From a virus (lineage: Duplodnaviria; Caudoviricetes), in the IMG/VR virus record IMGVR_UViG_3300036766_002286: a stretch of DNA of 64,000 nucleotides. One strand, given 5' to 3'. Under the pieces are notes generated by a model, which was not told where the DNA came from, made no database searches, and saw only the letters and a list, made by a program, of their open reading frames with translations. Position numbers and translations under genes: made by a program. Shown in pieces: positions 28,122 through 39,332 of the stretch. The number at the start of each line of letters is the position of its first letter. The first letter of the stretch is position 1.

Positions 28122-29996
28122 TTATTTGCTTTTATTTTGTATCTGGTCGCAGGGATCTTTACAGCAGCAGGGCTCTGATATCTGAAGCTTGTCAGAAGTG
28201 TTAGGATCAAAAGTCGCATGCTGTTTTTGTAATATGTGCATATCTTCTAGATTTAGTGTTTCTTTATCTAGTAAATCGTGGGCAACATTTGCAAGCAGTT
28301 CTTTGTTATTGTTTAACAACTCAGTTGCTTGTTGCAAAGCAGTGCTTATTAGCGTACTAACTTCTATTATAATAGCCTCGTTTACGGGACCATCGAACAT
28401 AAGTTGATTATCAAGACTGGTAACTAGTCTACTTCCCATACCATATCTTGCTACCATCGCAGTTGCAAGTGCGGTTGCTTCTGCTAGATCTCCGTGAGCT
28501 CCTTGAGTAAAGTCTCCAGCTAGTAATATTTCTTCAGCAGCTCTCCCACTAAGCCCCACAATAAGTCTAGCTAAAGCTTGGCTCTTAGTCATAAGATCGT
28601 GCTCATTACCACTCATCCAAGTGGCTCCGCCCGTACTTCCTCTTGGTATGATACTAATTTGTACTGGATCGTCTGCATTAACTAATAAAAGCGCAGCCAC
28701 CGCATGCCCGGCTTCGTGCCATGCGATTATTCGATGATCGCGTTCGCTAATAACCGCACTTCGTCTTTCTCTACCTAACATAGTTGTTGCCAACGAAGAT
28801 TCTACGTGTTCTTTTTCTATGGTAGTAGAACCCTTACGGGCTGCTTCAAGAGCGGCTTCGTTTAGTAGCTGTTCTATCTGTGCACCGGTCATTCCTGGTA
28901 TGCGTTTTGCTAAAGTCTTCCAGTCTATGTTTGGTGCAAAGGGGCGATTGCGAGCATATAGTTCCATTATTTTTTCTCGTCCAACTCTGTCTGGAATTGG
29001 GACAACAATAGTTCTATCGAAACGACCAGGTCGTAGCAATGCTGGGTCCAAGACGTCGGGTCGGTTTGTTGCTGCCAGGATGATAATACCATCATGACGA
29101 GCGAATCCGTCTAGCTCTACAAGCAATGCGTTGAGAGTATTTTCTCTTTCATCATTAGATCCGGTCATCATATTTTTACCTCTAGCTTTACCTACCGCAT
29201 CTATTTCATCTATAAATATTATAGCTTTTTCTTGTTCTCTAACTTCTTTAAATAAATCACGTACTCGCGATGCTCCTAATCCTACGAACATTTCAACAAA
29301 ATCAGCTCCAGCTATGGCATAAAAAGGCACTCCCGCCTCTCCGGCTACAGCTCGTGCCAACAAAGTTTTACCTGTACCTGGAGGACCTACTAATAAAAAT
29401 CCTCGAGGCACTTTCGCTCCGGTTGCTGTATACTTTTCTGGTTTGTGCAAAAAATCCACAATTTCTCGTAAATCTTCTAAAGCTTCATCGGCCCCCGCTA
29501 CATCTGAAAATCTAGTTGTAGGTACTTCGACGGGATTATTTTTCTTTTTAAGCTGTCCCATCATTACAGCTGGCCCGCGCTTGCCTAGAAATACTAAAAA
29601 TCCTATAAGTAATAATATAGGAAGCATAGCTCCCAGCAGTCCTAGCAGCCAGTTTCGCCCCTTGAGTGGTACTACTGTTGTTTTAATATTTGCTTTTGTT
29701 AAAGCTTCTGCTACTACATCGTCATTACCAAGTGGATAGAAAGAATATATGTTAGCTTTCCCTGGCACATCTGCTATAATTAAGTTTTGTCCACTATATA
29801 ACCAGGCTTCGGTAATTTTGTGATCCTCAATAGAAGCTGTGATCTGACTGTAAGGAACTTTAGTTCCTTTATCAATTGCTTTTTCTTTAGAACCATTGGG
29901 TGTTAATATAAATATCAATCCTATGGCTGCACCCAACATAAACATCGAAGATTTTATTATAGAAAATTTTGTACGCTTTTTAGGGGTTTTGTCCAT
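28122..29996 (-). CDS. ftsH: ATP-dependent zinc metalloprotease FtsH
   Basis: Two TM helices, GPPGTGKT, FIDEIDAVG, ATNRPDVLDPALLRPGRFDR, HEAGH. Confidence 0.96.
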   Translation of the reverse strand: MDKTPKKRTKFSIIKSSMFMLGAAIGLIFILTPNGSKEKAIDKGTKVPYSQITASIEDHKITEAWLYSGQNLIIADVPGKANIYSFYPLGNDDVVAEALTKANIKTTVVPLKGRNWLLGLLGAMLPILLLIGFLVFLGKRGPAVMMGQLKKKNNPVEVPTTRFSDVAGADEALEDLREIVDFLHKPEKYTATGAKVPRGFLLVGPPGTGKTLLARAVAGEAGVPFYAIAGADFVEMFVGLGASRVRDLFKEVREQEKAIIFIDEIDAVGKARGKNMMTGSNDERENTLNALLVELDGFARHDGIIILAATNRPDVLDPALLRPGRFDRTIVVPIPDRVGREKIMELYARNRPFAPNIDWKTLAKRIPGMTGAQIEQLLNEAALEAARKGSTTIEKEHVESSLATTMLGRERRSAVISERDHRIIAWHEAGHAVAALLLVNADDPVQISIIPRGSTGGATWMSGNEHDLMTKSQALARLIVGLSGRAAEEILLAGDFTQGAHGDLAEATALATAMVARYGMGSRLVTSLDNQLMFDGPVNEAIIIEVSTLISTALQQATELLNNNKELLANVAHDLLDKETLNLEDMHILQKQHATFDPNTSDKLQISEPCCCKDPCDQIQNKSK

Positions 29997-30133
29997 AAGT
30001 ATATTAGTGCTGATTGAATCTTATATAGCACACACAGCTAATATATTACTGGATTAGCTACTATTACAAGCCAAATTATAGACTAATAGTACAGAAGTAT
30101 GCCGCGTCAAGTTTTACAGCCATAATAGTTATT

Positions 30134-30550
30134 ATGAAGATTATAGTTTTCGACATGGCAGACCTAGCGTTTTGTCACGATTTAGCTGCAGACACTCTAA
30201 GTGTATCTGCACCCCAAACGGGTGTTTTAGCTACTTTACCTTTTGACAAGATAAAATCTACCAGAGAAATGATTTTTGCGGCCCTAGATGTCGTACTTAA
30301 ATCCGGCAGCGTGCCTGCCGGGAATGGCCAATGGTTAAGTATTGCTCTATATAATCCAATTAGTTTTCAGGTAGCCGTAGGCAGCGTGCCTGATACCAAA
30401 ATATATTCATGTGCTAAGTCCCTGTCTTTAGAACCTTTTGGCACTATAAGTACACTCACAAAATCTAAATTAACTATCAACGACATCGATCTTGTGCCAG
30501 TGAAGGCTACCGCCTTTTCAACACATATGACTCTGGCTGCTCATAAATAA
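30134..30550 (+). CDS. Hypothetical protein
   Basis: 138-aa ORF with CATAAT-7-ATG leaderless signature. Confidence 0.65.
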   Translation: MKIIVFDMADLAFCHDLAADTLSVSAPQTGVLATLPFDKIKSTREMIFAALDVVLKSGSVPAGNGQWLSIALYNPISFQVAVGSVPDTKIYSCAKSLSLEPFGTISTLTKSKLTINDIDLVPVKATAFSTHMTLAAHK

Positions 30551-30745
30551 TATTCACGAAAAGTTTTATCAGCTTCAATACCAACCATATTTTTGTCGTA
30601 ACAAGCCCGCATCCACGCGTACTATTAGGATAAATGATATCAAAATCTGTTTTTCATAGAGATATTTTAACAACAGTCTAAATATTGTAATATCTTGCTT
30701 TATTGTCTAATTGTGGACAGTTATGCTCACCGTTTAGGGGAACAT

Positions 30746-32824
30746 ATGCGCACAAAAATAATAAAAGCTGAAAATACTGTCAAACCAGATAGCAACCAAG
30801 TCAAGTCCCAGCAATTTATAGTACAGTCATCCTTTCAACCAGCAGGAGATCAGCCACAAGCAATTAATAAGTTAACTTTAGGCATTGAACGCGGAGATCG
30901 CTTTCAGACACTCCTTGGTATTACAGGTTCAGGTAAATCTGCTACAGTTGCTTGGACTATCGAGCGTACTCAGCGCCCAACTCTGATTCTAGCTCCAAAT
31001 AAATCTCTTGCTGCACAACTAGCGCAAGAAATGCGAGAATTTTTCCCAAATAATCGAGTAGAGTATTTTGTTAGTTATTATGACTACTATCAGCCGGAAG
31101 CTTATATAGCATCGTCTGATACTTTCATTGAAAAAGATTCTTCTATCAATGACGAAATAGATAGGTTGCGGCATTCTACAACTGCGGCTCTTTTAACTCG
31201 TCGTGACACTATTGTTGTCGCATCAGTGAGCTGCATATATGGCATGGGAGATCCTGAAGAGTATAGAGGAAATCTTCTTGAGTTACATACTGGCACCCAG
31301 TATGATCAACGAAGCATTTTAACTAGATTGGTAGACTTGCAATACGATAGAAACGACATAGCGCTTGGCCGCGGTAATTTTCGGGTACGCGGAGATACCA
31401 TTGAGGTTCATCCGGCATATGATGAGTGGGTAACAAAAATAGAAATGTTTGGAGATACAATTGAGCGTATTAGTGAAGTACATACCATAACAGGAGAGAC
31501 TTTACGCGAACTAACTGAAGTAGTCTTATTTCCAGCTACTCATTATGTAACAGGTAAAGCCCGCATGCTAACCGCAATAAAAGCAATAGAAAAAGAATTG
31601 CAAGAGCGATTAGCTGAATTTAAGACCGAGGGTAAGCTGCTAGAGGCACAGAGATTATCAATGAGAACTCTTTTTGATCTAGAAATGATGAAAGAAGTAG
31701 GATATTGTAATGGGATTGAAAATTACTCCAGGCACTTAGATGCAAGACCTCCGGGCGCCCCGCCTTTTACTTTGTTGGACTATTTTCCTAAAGATTTTTT
31801 GCTTATCATAGATGAGAGCCATGTGGCTATCCCACAATTACACGGCCAGTTCGCAGGAGACAGAAGCAGGAAGTCTAATCTTATTGAACACGGTTTTAGA
31901 CTCCCCTCGGCTCTTGATAATAGGCCACTGCAGTTTGAAGAAACCATGAAGCGCATTAATCAATGTATCTTTTTATCAGCCACTCCAGCTCCTTTTGAAA
32001 TTGATCTAAGTGATCAGGTAGTAGAGCAAGTTATTAGACCGACTGGTCTAATTGACCCAGAGGTTATAATTAAGCCCACTTCTGGCCAAATAGACGATCT
32101 TATTGAGGCTATACAGGTAAGAATAAAAAACAGCGAGCGTGTTTTGGTGACAACATTAACTAAAAAAATGGCAGAAGACTTGTCAGAATATTTAGTAAAT
32201 CAAAATCTCAAAGTTAGGTATTTGCATTCTAATATTAATACCGTTGAACGTATCGAAATTTTACGGTCTTTGCGTCTGGGCGAATTCGATGTACTTGTAG
32301 GTATTAATTTATTACGAGAAGGCTTAGATCTTCCAGAAGTTTCTCTTGTTGCTATTTTAGATGCCGATAAGCAGGGTTTTTTACGTAGCCAAACTTCTCT
32401 TATACAGATGTGTGGCCGGGCCGCTCGTAATGTGAATGGGCAGGTTATTATGTATGCCGATGTAATTACGCCCGCCATGAAAAATGCAATAGCTATAACA
32501 AAGCGGCGCCGAAAACAACAAATTGCCTATAATCGTAAACATAATATAGATCCAAAGACCGTACAAAAAGCAATTGGAGATATCTTATCACTATTGCGGA
32601 AAACAGACGATAAAAGCTCGCATCCAAAAAACGTAAAAGACATTCTTGACCGCGAAACTAAACTACAAGAGTTAGCGTTATTGCCTCAAGGTGAGTTAGC
32701 ACTTTTAATACAAACTCTTACCGAAGAAATGGGTCAAGCTGCCTCCAACTTAAGCTTTGAAAAAGCAGCTCAACTCCGTGATGAAATAAAAGAACTGAGG
32801 CGCGAATTACGCGACGCACAATAA
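30746..32824 (+). CDS. uvrB: Excinuclease ABC subunit B
   Basis: [49 protein letters not shown]-terminal UVR domain. Confidence 0.97.
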   Translation: MRTKIIKAENTVKPDSNQVKSQQFIVQSSFQPAGDQPQAINKLTLGIERGDRFQTLLGITGSGKSATVAWTIERTQRPTLILAPNKSLAAQLAQEMREFFPNNRVEYFVSYYDYYQPEAYIASSDTFIEKDSSINDEIDRLRHSTTAALLTRRDTIVVASVSCIYGMGDPEEYRGNLLELHTGTQYDQRSILTRLVDLQYDRNDIALGRGNFRVRGDTIEVHPAYDEWVTKIEMFGDTIERISEVHTITGETLRELTEVVLFPATHYVTGKARMLTAIKAIEKELQERLAEFKTEGKLLEAQRLSMRTLFDLEMMKEVGYCNGIENYSRHLDARPPGAPPFTLLDYFPKDFLLIIDESHVAIPQLHGQFAGDRSRKSNLIEHGFRLPSALDNRPLQFEETMKRINQCIFLSATPAPFEIDLSDQVVEQVIRPTGLIDPEVIIKPTSGQIDDLIEAIQVRIKNSERVLVTTLTKKMAEDLSEYLVNQNLKVRYLHSNINTVERIEILRSLRLGEFDVLVGINLLREGLDLPEVSLVAILDADKQGFLRSQTSLIQMCGRAARNVNGQVIMYADVITPAMKNAIAITKRRRKQQIAYNRKHNIDPKTVQKAIGDILSLLRKTDDKSSHPKNVKDILDRETKLQELALLPQGELALLIQTLTEEMGQAASNLSFEKAAQLRDEIKELRRELRDAQ

Positions 32825-32831
32825 GCGACTT

Positions 32832-35666
32832 ATGACTAAAAACAAAATTACTATACGTGGAGCGCGTGAACACAACTTAAAAAATATTAGTCTCGAAATA
32901 CCAAGAGATAAGCTGGTTGCTGTCACTGGACTTTCTGGATCAGGTAAATCTAGTTTGGCTTTCGACACCATATACGCCGAAGGACAAAGACGCTACGTAG
33001 AATCTCTTAGCTCATACGCTCGCCAATTCCTAGGCCAAATGGACAAGCCAGACGTAGATTTAATAGATGGACTTTCACCTGCGATAGCAATTGACCAAAA
33101 ATCATCATCCCATAATCCCAGATCAACGGTTGGAACTATTACAGAAGTTTATGATTATTTGCGACTACTCTATGCCCGTATCGGAGTGCAACACTGCATT
33201 AAAGATTCTACTAAATTATCAAAACTTTCCTTACAACAACTAGTTGATCATGTTTTACAGTTCCCAGATTCAACGCGTTTTTTGGTATTAGCTCCAATTG
33301 TGAGAGGACGTAAAGGTGAGTATGTTACATTATTAACAACAATTTCTGCTCAAGGATTTACAAGAGCACGCATAGACGGAGAAACTGTAGAAATTAATGA
33401 TTTTCTAAAACAAACTAAACGCCTAGCGCGCTATGAAACCCATACCATAGAAATCATTGTAGACAGGCTGGTGTCTAAAAAAGGTATACAACGCAGGCTC
33501 ACTGATTCTTTAGAAACAGCACTTAAGCTAGCTGACGGAGTAGCCCAAGCAGAAATACAAGCAACAAACGAATCTATTACTTTGAGTGCTAATCTTTCTT
33601 GTCCTAAATGCGCAACTAGCTACGAAGAGCCAGTACCTCGTAATTTCTCATTCAACTCTCCTTATGGTGCCTGTGAAACTTGTTTGGGGCTTGGTACTAG
33701 TTTTGAAGTAGACCCCGAGCTAATAATTCCAGACCCAAACCTAAGCATTGCTGCTGGCGCCCTCGCTCCGTGGCGTACGGCCCATACTCAATATTTTATT
33801 CGTACATTACACGTAATTGCCCAAGCCCACAATATTGATCTTTCTGAAAAATGGTCAAAGCTACCGAAAAAGGCGCAAAATATTATTCTACATGGTGGCG
33901 CTGATAACATCCAGGTAAAATATAAAAATAAATATGGACGTACCCGTGAATATAGTACATCATACGAAGGTATAGTTCCATGGATAAAACGTCGTCATAA
34001 AGATGCTGACAGTGATCACGCGCGTGATCTCTACGAGAGCTACATGCGTACTGTACCATGTTCTGCTTGTTTAGGCGCTCGTTTGAAACCAACTTCATTA
34101 GCGGTACTTATTAATGGTAAAAGTATTTCAGACGTGACAGCAATGTCGATTTCTGATTCAGCTAAATTTCTAAAAACTCTAAAATTAAATAATAAAGATT
34201 CTTTAATTTCAAAAAGTATAACTAAAGAAATAAATGCACGTCTGGGTTTTCTGTTGGACGTCGGCCTAGATTATTTAACCTTAGCCAGGTCTGCTGCTAC
34301 TTTGGCCGGCGGGGAATCACAGCGAATCAGACTTGCTAGTCAGATAGGTTCTGGTCTAGTGGGCACTTTATATGTGTTAGACGAGCCCTCTATAGGACTT
34401 CATCAACGCGACAATCACCGGTTAATTACTACTTTAAAAAAATTACGAGATCTTGGTAATACCGTTCTCATAGTAGAGCACGACGAAGATACAATTAGAG
34501 CCAGCGACTGGATAGTAGATATTGGTCCGGGTGCTGGTGAACACGGAGGTAAAGTAGTTTACAATGGGCCAGTAAAAGGAATTTTGAAAGTAAAAAATTC
34601 ACTTACCGGGCAGTATCTTTCCGGTAAAAAATCTATTGAAACCCCCCAAATCAGGCGCACACCTTCTAAAGAGTTTATTAAAATCAGAGGCGCTCGTGAG
34701 CATAATTTAAAAAATCTAAATGTTAAAATACCTCTAGGTTGTTTTGTGGCCGTAACCGGTGTATCTGGAAGCGGCAAGAGTACTTTAATACGAGATATTT
34801 TACTTCCTTCGATGATGCAAAAGATATATAAGTCAAAGCAAGCCCCAGGACATCATACCGGAGTTGATGGTATAGAACACATAGATAAAGTGATCGACAT
34901 GGATCAGTCTCCTATTGGGCGTACACCACGCTCAAACCCTGCTACTTATACTGGAGTATTTGATGATATACGCAAATTATTTGCTTCCACCCCCGAGTCA
35001 AAACTTAGAGGATATTTACCAGGTCGTTTCAGTTTCAATGTGCCAGGTGGCCGGTGTGAGGCTTGTAATGGCGACGGCACCCTAAGAATAGAAATGCATT
35101 TTTTGCCAGATGTGTATGTACCGTGTGAAACATGTAAAAGTGCCAGGTATAATAGAGACACCTTGGAAATTACATTTAAAGGTAAAAATATTTCTGAAAT
35201 TCTAAATATGCCTATTTCTAAGGCAGCAGAGTTTTTTGCTAACCAACCGAGAATATCTCGTTTCATGCAAACACTTATGGATGTGGGTTTAGGTTATGTT
35301 CGTTTAGGACAAGCTGCCCCAACGTTATCTGGAGGAGAAGCTCAAAGAGTAAAGCTAGCCACCGAGCTAGCCAAACGGGGTACTGGCCACACTATATATT
35401 TACTAGACGAACCCACCACAGGTTTGCACTTTGAAGACGTTAGGCGCCTTCTTGTAGTATTATCTAGACTAGTAGACCAAGGAAATACCGTATTGGTCAT
35501 TGAACATAATTTGGATGTAATTAAAACCGCAGACTGGATAATAGATCTGGGTCCAGAAGGCGGATCCGGCGGTGGAACAGTGGTAGCACAAGGTACTCCA
35601 GAAACAGTTGCAAAAATACCTGCTTCCCATACCGGGAAATATTTAGCTGAACTACTAAAAAAGTAA
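32832..35666 (+). CDS. uvrA: Excinuclease ABC subunit A
   Basis: [17 protein letters not shown], two ABC modules, Zn fingers, [17 protein letters not shown]. Confidence 0.97.
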   Translation: MTKNKITIRGAREHNLKNISLEIPRDKLVAVTGLSGSGKSSLAFDTIYAEGQRRYVESLSSYARQFLGQMDKPDVDLIDGLSPAIAIDQKSSSHNPRSTVGTITEVYDYLRLLYARIGVQHCIKDSTKLSKLSLQQLVDHVLQFPDSTRFLVLAPIVRGRKGEYVTLLTTISAQGFTRARIDGETVEINDFLKQTKRLARYETHTIEIIVDRLVSKKGIQRRLTDSLETALKLADGVAQAEIQATNESITLSANLSCPKCATSYEEPVPRNFSFNSPYGACETCLGLGTSFEVDPELIIPDPNLSIAAGALAPWRTAHTQYFIRTLHVIAQAHNIDLSEKWSKLPKKAQNIILHGGADNIQVKYKNKYGRTREYSTSYEGIVPWIKRRHKDADSDHARDLYESYMRTVPCSACLGARLKPTSLAVLINGKSISDVTAMSISDSAKFLKTLKLNNKDSLISKSITKEINARLGFLLDVGLDYLTLARSAATLAGGESQRIRLASQIGSGLVGTLYVLDEPSIGLHQRDNHRLITTLKKLRDLGNTVLIVEHDEDTIRASDWIVDIGPGAGEHGGKVVYNGPVKGILKVKNSLTGQYLSGKKSIETPQIRRTPSKEFIKIRGAREHNLKNLNVKIPLGCFVAVTGVSGSGKSTLIRDILLPSMMQKIYKSKQAPGHHTGVDGIEHIDKVIDMDQSPIGRTPRSNPATYTGVFDDIRKLFASTPESKLRGYLPGRFSFNVPGGRCEACNGDGTLRIEMHFLPDVYVPCETCKSARYNRDTLEITFKGKNISEILNMPISKAAEFFANQPRISRFMQTLMDVGLGYVRLGQAAPTLSGGEAQRVKLATELAKRGTGHTIYLLDEPTTGLHFEDVRRLLVVLSRLVDQGNTVLVIEHNLDVIKTADWIIDLGPEGGSGGGTVVAQGTPETVAKIPASHTGKYLAELLKK

Positions 35667-35672
35667 ATACAT

Positions 35673-37520
35673 ATGAAACGCCCCGACGTAATTATACCGA
35701 CTTCTCCAGGATCCTATCAATTTAAAGATGCCTCTGGTCGTATTATTTATGTAGGTAAGGCTCTTAATTTACGCTTGCGTCTAAATAGTTATTTTGGCAA
35801 TCAAGCTACAATGTCGGAGCGTACCACTGCCATGGTAAATCAAGCAAATAGTGTTGAATGGATAGAAGTAACCAACGAAATAGAAGCCTTACTTCTAGAA
35901 CATAGTTTGATTAAACATCATAAACCCAGGTTTAATATTCGTCTTAGAGACGATAAAAGTTATCCATTTCTTAGTGTGACAGTTGCAGAAAAATGGCCGA
36001 GGGCAGCTGTTACACACTCACACAAGCAAAAAGGTGTTAAATACTTCGGTCCATACCCACAGGCACATGCAATGCATAGTACCTTAGATCTGTTATTACA
36101 AAGCTTTCCAATACGTTCTTGCTCTGAGGCAAAATTTAAGCAACATGAAAATCTAGGCAGCCCGTGCTTATTATATCATATAAAAAAATGTTCAGGCCCA
36201 TGCATTAAAGCTGTAACCCAGGATCAATACGCCTCGTATGTCAAAGATTTCACAGATGTTTTAGCCGGAAAACCAAACGAGGTATCTATACAGCTTACAC
36301 AAAAAATGCAAAACGCCGCTTCCGATCTAGAGTTCGAAAAAGCAGCAAAATTTCGTGATCAACTTAATGCAGTACAAACTATCACGAGTAAGCAATTAAT
36401 GGTAGCCAACTTTACTGAAAATATGGATGTAATAGGTATTGCGTATGACACTCTACAAGTTTGTGTGCAACTATTTTTTGTACGCAACGGCTATGTGATA
36501 GGAAAAAATAGTTATGTTATTGACCTAGTTGAAGACATAACTAAGGCTATGCTTACTAGTCGTATAATCGAACGCCTATATGATAATGATGCAAGCCTAA
36601 GTATCCCTGACACTATTTTAGTACAAGTAGAGCCTACAGAAAAAACTATTTTAGAAAAATGGCTTTCGCACTCTCTACAATCCCGGGTTCAGATTTTAGT
36701 TCCGCAGCGTGGAGATAAAAGAAAACTTCTTGAATTAGTTACTCAAAATGCCAGCCAAGAAATGAATCGCAATCGTATACGTCGAGCTTCTGACCAAACC
36801 ACCAGATCAAAAGCGTTAGCCGAACTACAAATTTTACTTAAAATGCCGGTGGTACCTTTGCGCATTGAATGTTATGATATGGCACATTTACAAGGCACTG
36901 ATTATGTAGGTTCTATGGTAGTAATGGAAGACGGCCTGCCCGTAAAATCTGAGTATAGGCGTTTTAAAATTAAAACTGTTCCTGGTAATGACGACTATGC
37001 TGCCATGCGCGAAGTCTTAACCAGGCGCCTGACTGCTTATCTTAATGCGCTTTCGACTTTAACTTCTGATACAAAGTTTTCGTATCCGCCACAACTGATA
37101 TTAGTGGACGGTGGAAAGGGCCAACTAGAAATAGCCCGCCAAGTTGTTAGTGACCTAGGCCTCATCGGTACCATCTCTATAGCCGCCCTAGCGAAACAAT
37201 TTGAAGAAGTATTTATTGTAGGAGATCCTGATCCTATAAATATCTCACGTAATTCAGAGGCGTTATTTATGTTACAAACCATACGTGACGAGGCTCACAG
37301 GTTTGCAAATAAATTTCATCGCGAACTTAGAGACAAGCGCATGATAAAAAGCGCACTAGACGATATACCAGGGCTGGGGGCCAGTCGCGCTAAACGTCTT
37401 ATAAAAGCTTTTGTAAATGTAAACGGAGTCAAAAAAGCAACAAAAGAAGAACTTGCTGGCTTACTCTGGTTACCAGCGGCTGTGGCTGATAGCATATATA
37501 AGAAATTTCACAGTCACTAA
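35673..37520 (+). CDS. uvrC: Excinuclease ABC subunit C
   Basis: GIY-YIG (PGSYQF...YVGKA), DDKSYP, UVR domain, RIECYD, VDGGKGQ, RDEAHRFA, HhH. Confidence 0.97.
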   Translation: MKRPDVIIPTSPGSYQFKDASGRIIYVGKALNLRLRLNSYFGNQATMSERTTAMVNQANSVEWIEVTNEIEALLLEHSLIKHHKPRFNIRLRDDKSYPFLSVTVAEKWPRAAVTHSHKQKGVKYFGPYPQAHAMHSTLDLLLQSFPIRSCSEAKFKQHENLGSPCLLYHIKKCSGPCIKAVTQDQYASYVKDFTDVLAGKPNEVSIQLTQKMQNAASDLEFEKAAKFRDQLNAVQTITSKQLMVANFTENMDVIGIAYDTLQVCVQLFFVRNGYVIGKNSYVIDLVEDITKAMLTSRIIERLYDNDASLSIPDTILVQVEPTEKTILEKWLSHSLQSRVQILVPQRGDKRKLLELVTQNASQEMNRNRIRRASDQTTRSKALAELQILLKMPVVPLRIECYDMAHLQGTDYVGSMVVMEDGLPVKSEYRRFKIKTVPGNDDYAAMREVLTRRLTAYLNALSTLTSDTKFSYPPQLILVDGGKGQLEIARQVVSDLGLIGTISIAALAKQFEEVFIVGDPDPINISRNSEALFMLQTIRDEAHRFANKFHRELRDKRMIKSALDDIPGLGASRAKRLIKAFVNVNGVKKATKEELAGLLWLPAAVADSIYKKFHSH

Positions 37521-37544
37521 AAACATAGAAAAACGTTCCCCTGA

Positions 37545-39161
37545 TTAGGCTGTATTTTTTATGTTCTTTTCGATGAGGCACCTATTATCTGATGTCTTAT
37601 CTAGCCCGTCTGTATTTGGGCGTATTGGTATTATCGCAGCAAATGATCGGCGACCGAGAGCGCGGTACGCTTTCGGGTCGGTTGCCCATTTCTGGGTAAA
37701 CCGTTCGTCGATGTTATGCAGGATTCGACTACGACCGTATTGCAACCTCGCACTCGGTAACGTCCGTCGTGACTTCACTGTACGAGCAGCTTCAATATCG
37801 GCGTGCCCTTTTCGTCCACAAAATTTGCAACGAAAATCTTCTTTAACTCTATTTCGGTCGTCTACGAAACCACAACCGACACATTCCTGTGACGAATACG
37901 GTGCGGGAACGATAGTGACTTCAAGCCCTCTGTCTTGGGCAAGGTCTTGAAGTTTCCGTTTCACCTGGGCGCGACCAGTACGACTAATAACTCTGTTCAA
38001 ACATCTAGAGAGGCCCCCGTGACGAAAATCTAGTTCCTCGACAACAAGAACACTTGGGTCATAAAGGTCTACAATACGGTTCAAGGTTCGGTTGATCTCG
38101 TTTTTCGCATACGCCCTGATACGGGATTGCATTGCACGATATCGGTGCGAGTTGTTAGGTTTTATCCCTTGACGTTGTAAGGAGGCGGTAAGGGTAGTGA
38201 GTTCACTATCAATGTTCAAAAGCCAGGTGTAAAACGACCGTCCCATCAGATCGCCTTCGGAGGTAGCAAACAACGTTTTCATGCCCCAGTCTAATCCAAC
38301 CACACCACCAGTTGGGATGGGACGGTATTCTGGTGTGGCGTCTTTTATCATACGGATGACCACAGGTCCAGTTTTCGGGACCGTGATTTGGGTCGCATTG
38401 GTCCAGACACCGCAGCGTTCTTGTTCATGAAACGTGGAGCGCACCGGGAGCAAAATGGGCTTACCTTTAGTCAGAGTGGAGAACCGTATCCAGTAATCAA
38501 ACGACTCAGCAGTTTTAGGGGGTTCCCATTGACAGACAGGCCCGTCAAGTTTCATCGTTCGTACTTTAGACAGGTTCGGTAGCCGAACAAGGTGTTTGCG
38601 GACATGTTTCACGATACAGCGTAATAATTTCATGTCCTCAACACTGACCACATCAAACGTGCCAGCAACTTTTTGATGCTTTCCTGTAGCCTCATCAAGA
38701 ACCGAACCTGGCACAAGATAGGTGCCATCCTGTTCAGTGTGGTACCAATGTTGGGAAGCGTTCACATAAAGCAACCGATTTTTACGCTCAAAAGACAGGT
38801 GAGAAAGATTCTTTACAATCTCACGCACCGAAATTTCCACAAGGGCAGCCCACGAGGATAGTGTTTCGCAGGCTTGATTGTTCGCGCTCCGTTTGTAGCG
38901 CTCCGATAATATGGTCTCTAAAAGTTTTGGGTCAGCGCAGTTGTAAATCTTTTTACCTGACAGTACACGGCGATACTGCATCGCGCACGCTTTCACCAGG
39001 AGTGGCACATAAGCGCGATAGACGTCACAGATCTGTTGTTCTTTACCGGCGTTCAGCGCACAAGGCATTTCAAAAGTGCGTAACACCCGACCCTTGGGCT
39101 TTGCTTTACGGGTTAGTTTTTTTGTTATGACTGTTGTGGATACTGGATCGGACAACTTCAT
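37545..39161 (-). CDS. tnpB: Large (538 aa) TnpB/Cas12f-like RuvC nuclease
   Basis: RuvC-I GLDWG, RuvC-II VVEEL, Zn ribbon CVGC/CKFC, RuvC-III ADIEAA; visibly higher GC than flanks; no adjacent tnpA or CRISPR. Confidence 0.85.
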   Translation of the reverse strand: MKLSDPVSTTVITKKLTRKAKPKGRVLRTFEMPCALNAGKEQQICDVYRAYVPLLVKACAMQYRRVLSGKKIYNCADPKLLETILSERYKRSANNQACETLSSWAALVEISVREIVKNLSHLSFERKNRLLYVNASQHWYHTEQDGTYLVPGSVLDEATGKHQKVAGTFDVVSVEDMKLLRCIVKHVRKHLVRLPNLSKVRTMKLDGPVCQWEPPKTAESFDYWIRFSTLTKGKPILLPVRSTFHEQERCGVWTNATQITVPKTGPVVIRMIKDATPEYRPIPTGGVVGLDWGMKTLFATSEGDLMGRSFYTWLLNIDSELTTLTASLQRQGIKPNNSHRYRAMQSRIRAYAKNEINRTLNRIVDLYDPSVLVVEELDFRHGGLSRCLNRVISRTGRAQVKRKLQDLAQDRGLEVTIVPAPYSSQECVGCGFVDDRNRVKEDFRCKFCGRKGHADIEAARTVKSRRTLPSARLQYGRSRILHNIDERFTQKWATDPKAYRALGRRSFAAIIPIRPNTDGLDKTSDNRCLIEKNIKNTA

Positions 39162-39177
39162 ACTAATACTATGCCTA

Positions 39178-39242
39178 TTTAGATAGTTTATGCAACTATC
39201 TAAAGCAACATAGTTCCGTAAAACTAGGAACTAGTACGGAAC
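39178..39242. repeat. Two inverted repeats upstream of large tnpB
   Basis: TTTAGATAGTT-5-AACTATCTAAA (overlaps the -35 TTGCAT of the tnpB promoter) and GTTCCGTA-14-TACGGAAC. Confidence 0.7.
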
Positions 39243-39278
39243 ACCTTAGACTATATGCTATAGTATATTTAAATCAAA

Positions 39279-39319
39279 AAAGACCAGTTATAGCACGAAG
39301 TGCACTACAACTGGTCTTC
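39279..39319 (-). terminator. Intrinsic terminator of tyrS
   Basis: AAGACCAGTT...AACTGGTCTT stem with minus-strand T-tract. Confidence 0.7.
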
Positions 39320-39332
39320 TTATTTATAAATG

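Noticed and set aside
30551-30745. Replication origin with DnaA boxes upstream of uvrB
   Set aside because: Only one imperfect box-like 9-mer; no cluster or iterons
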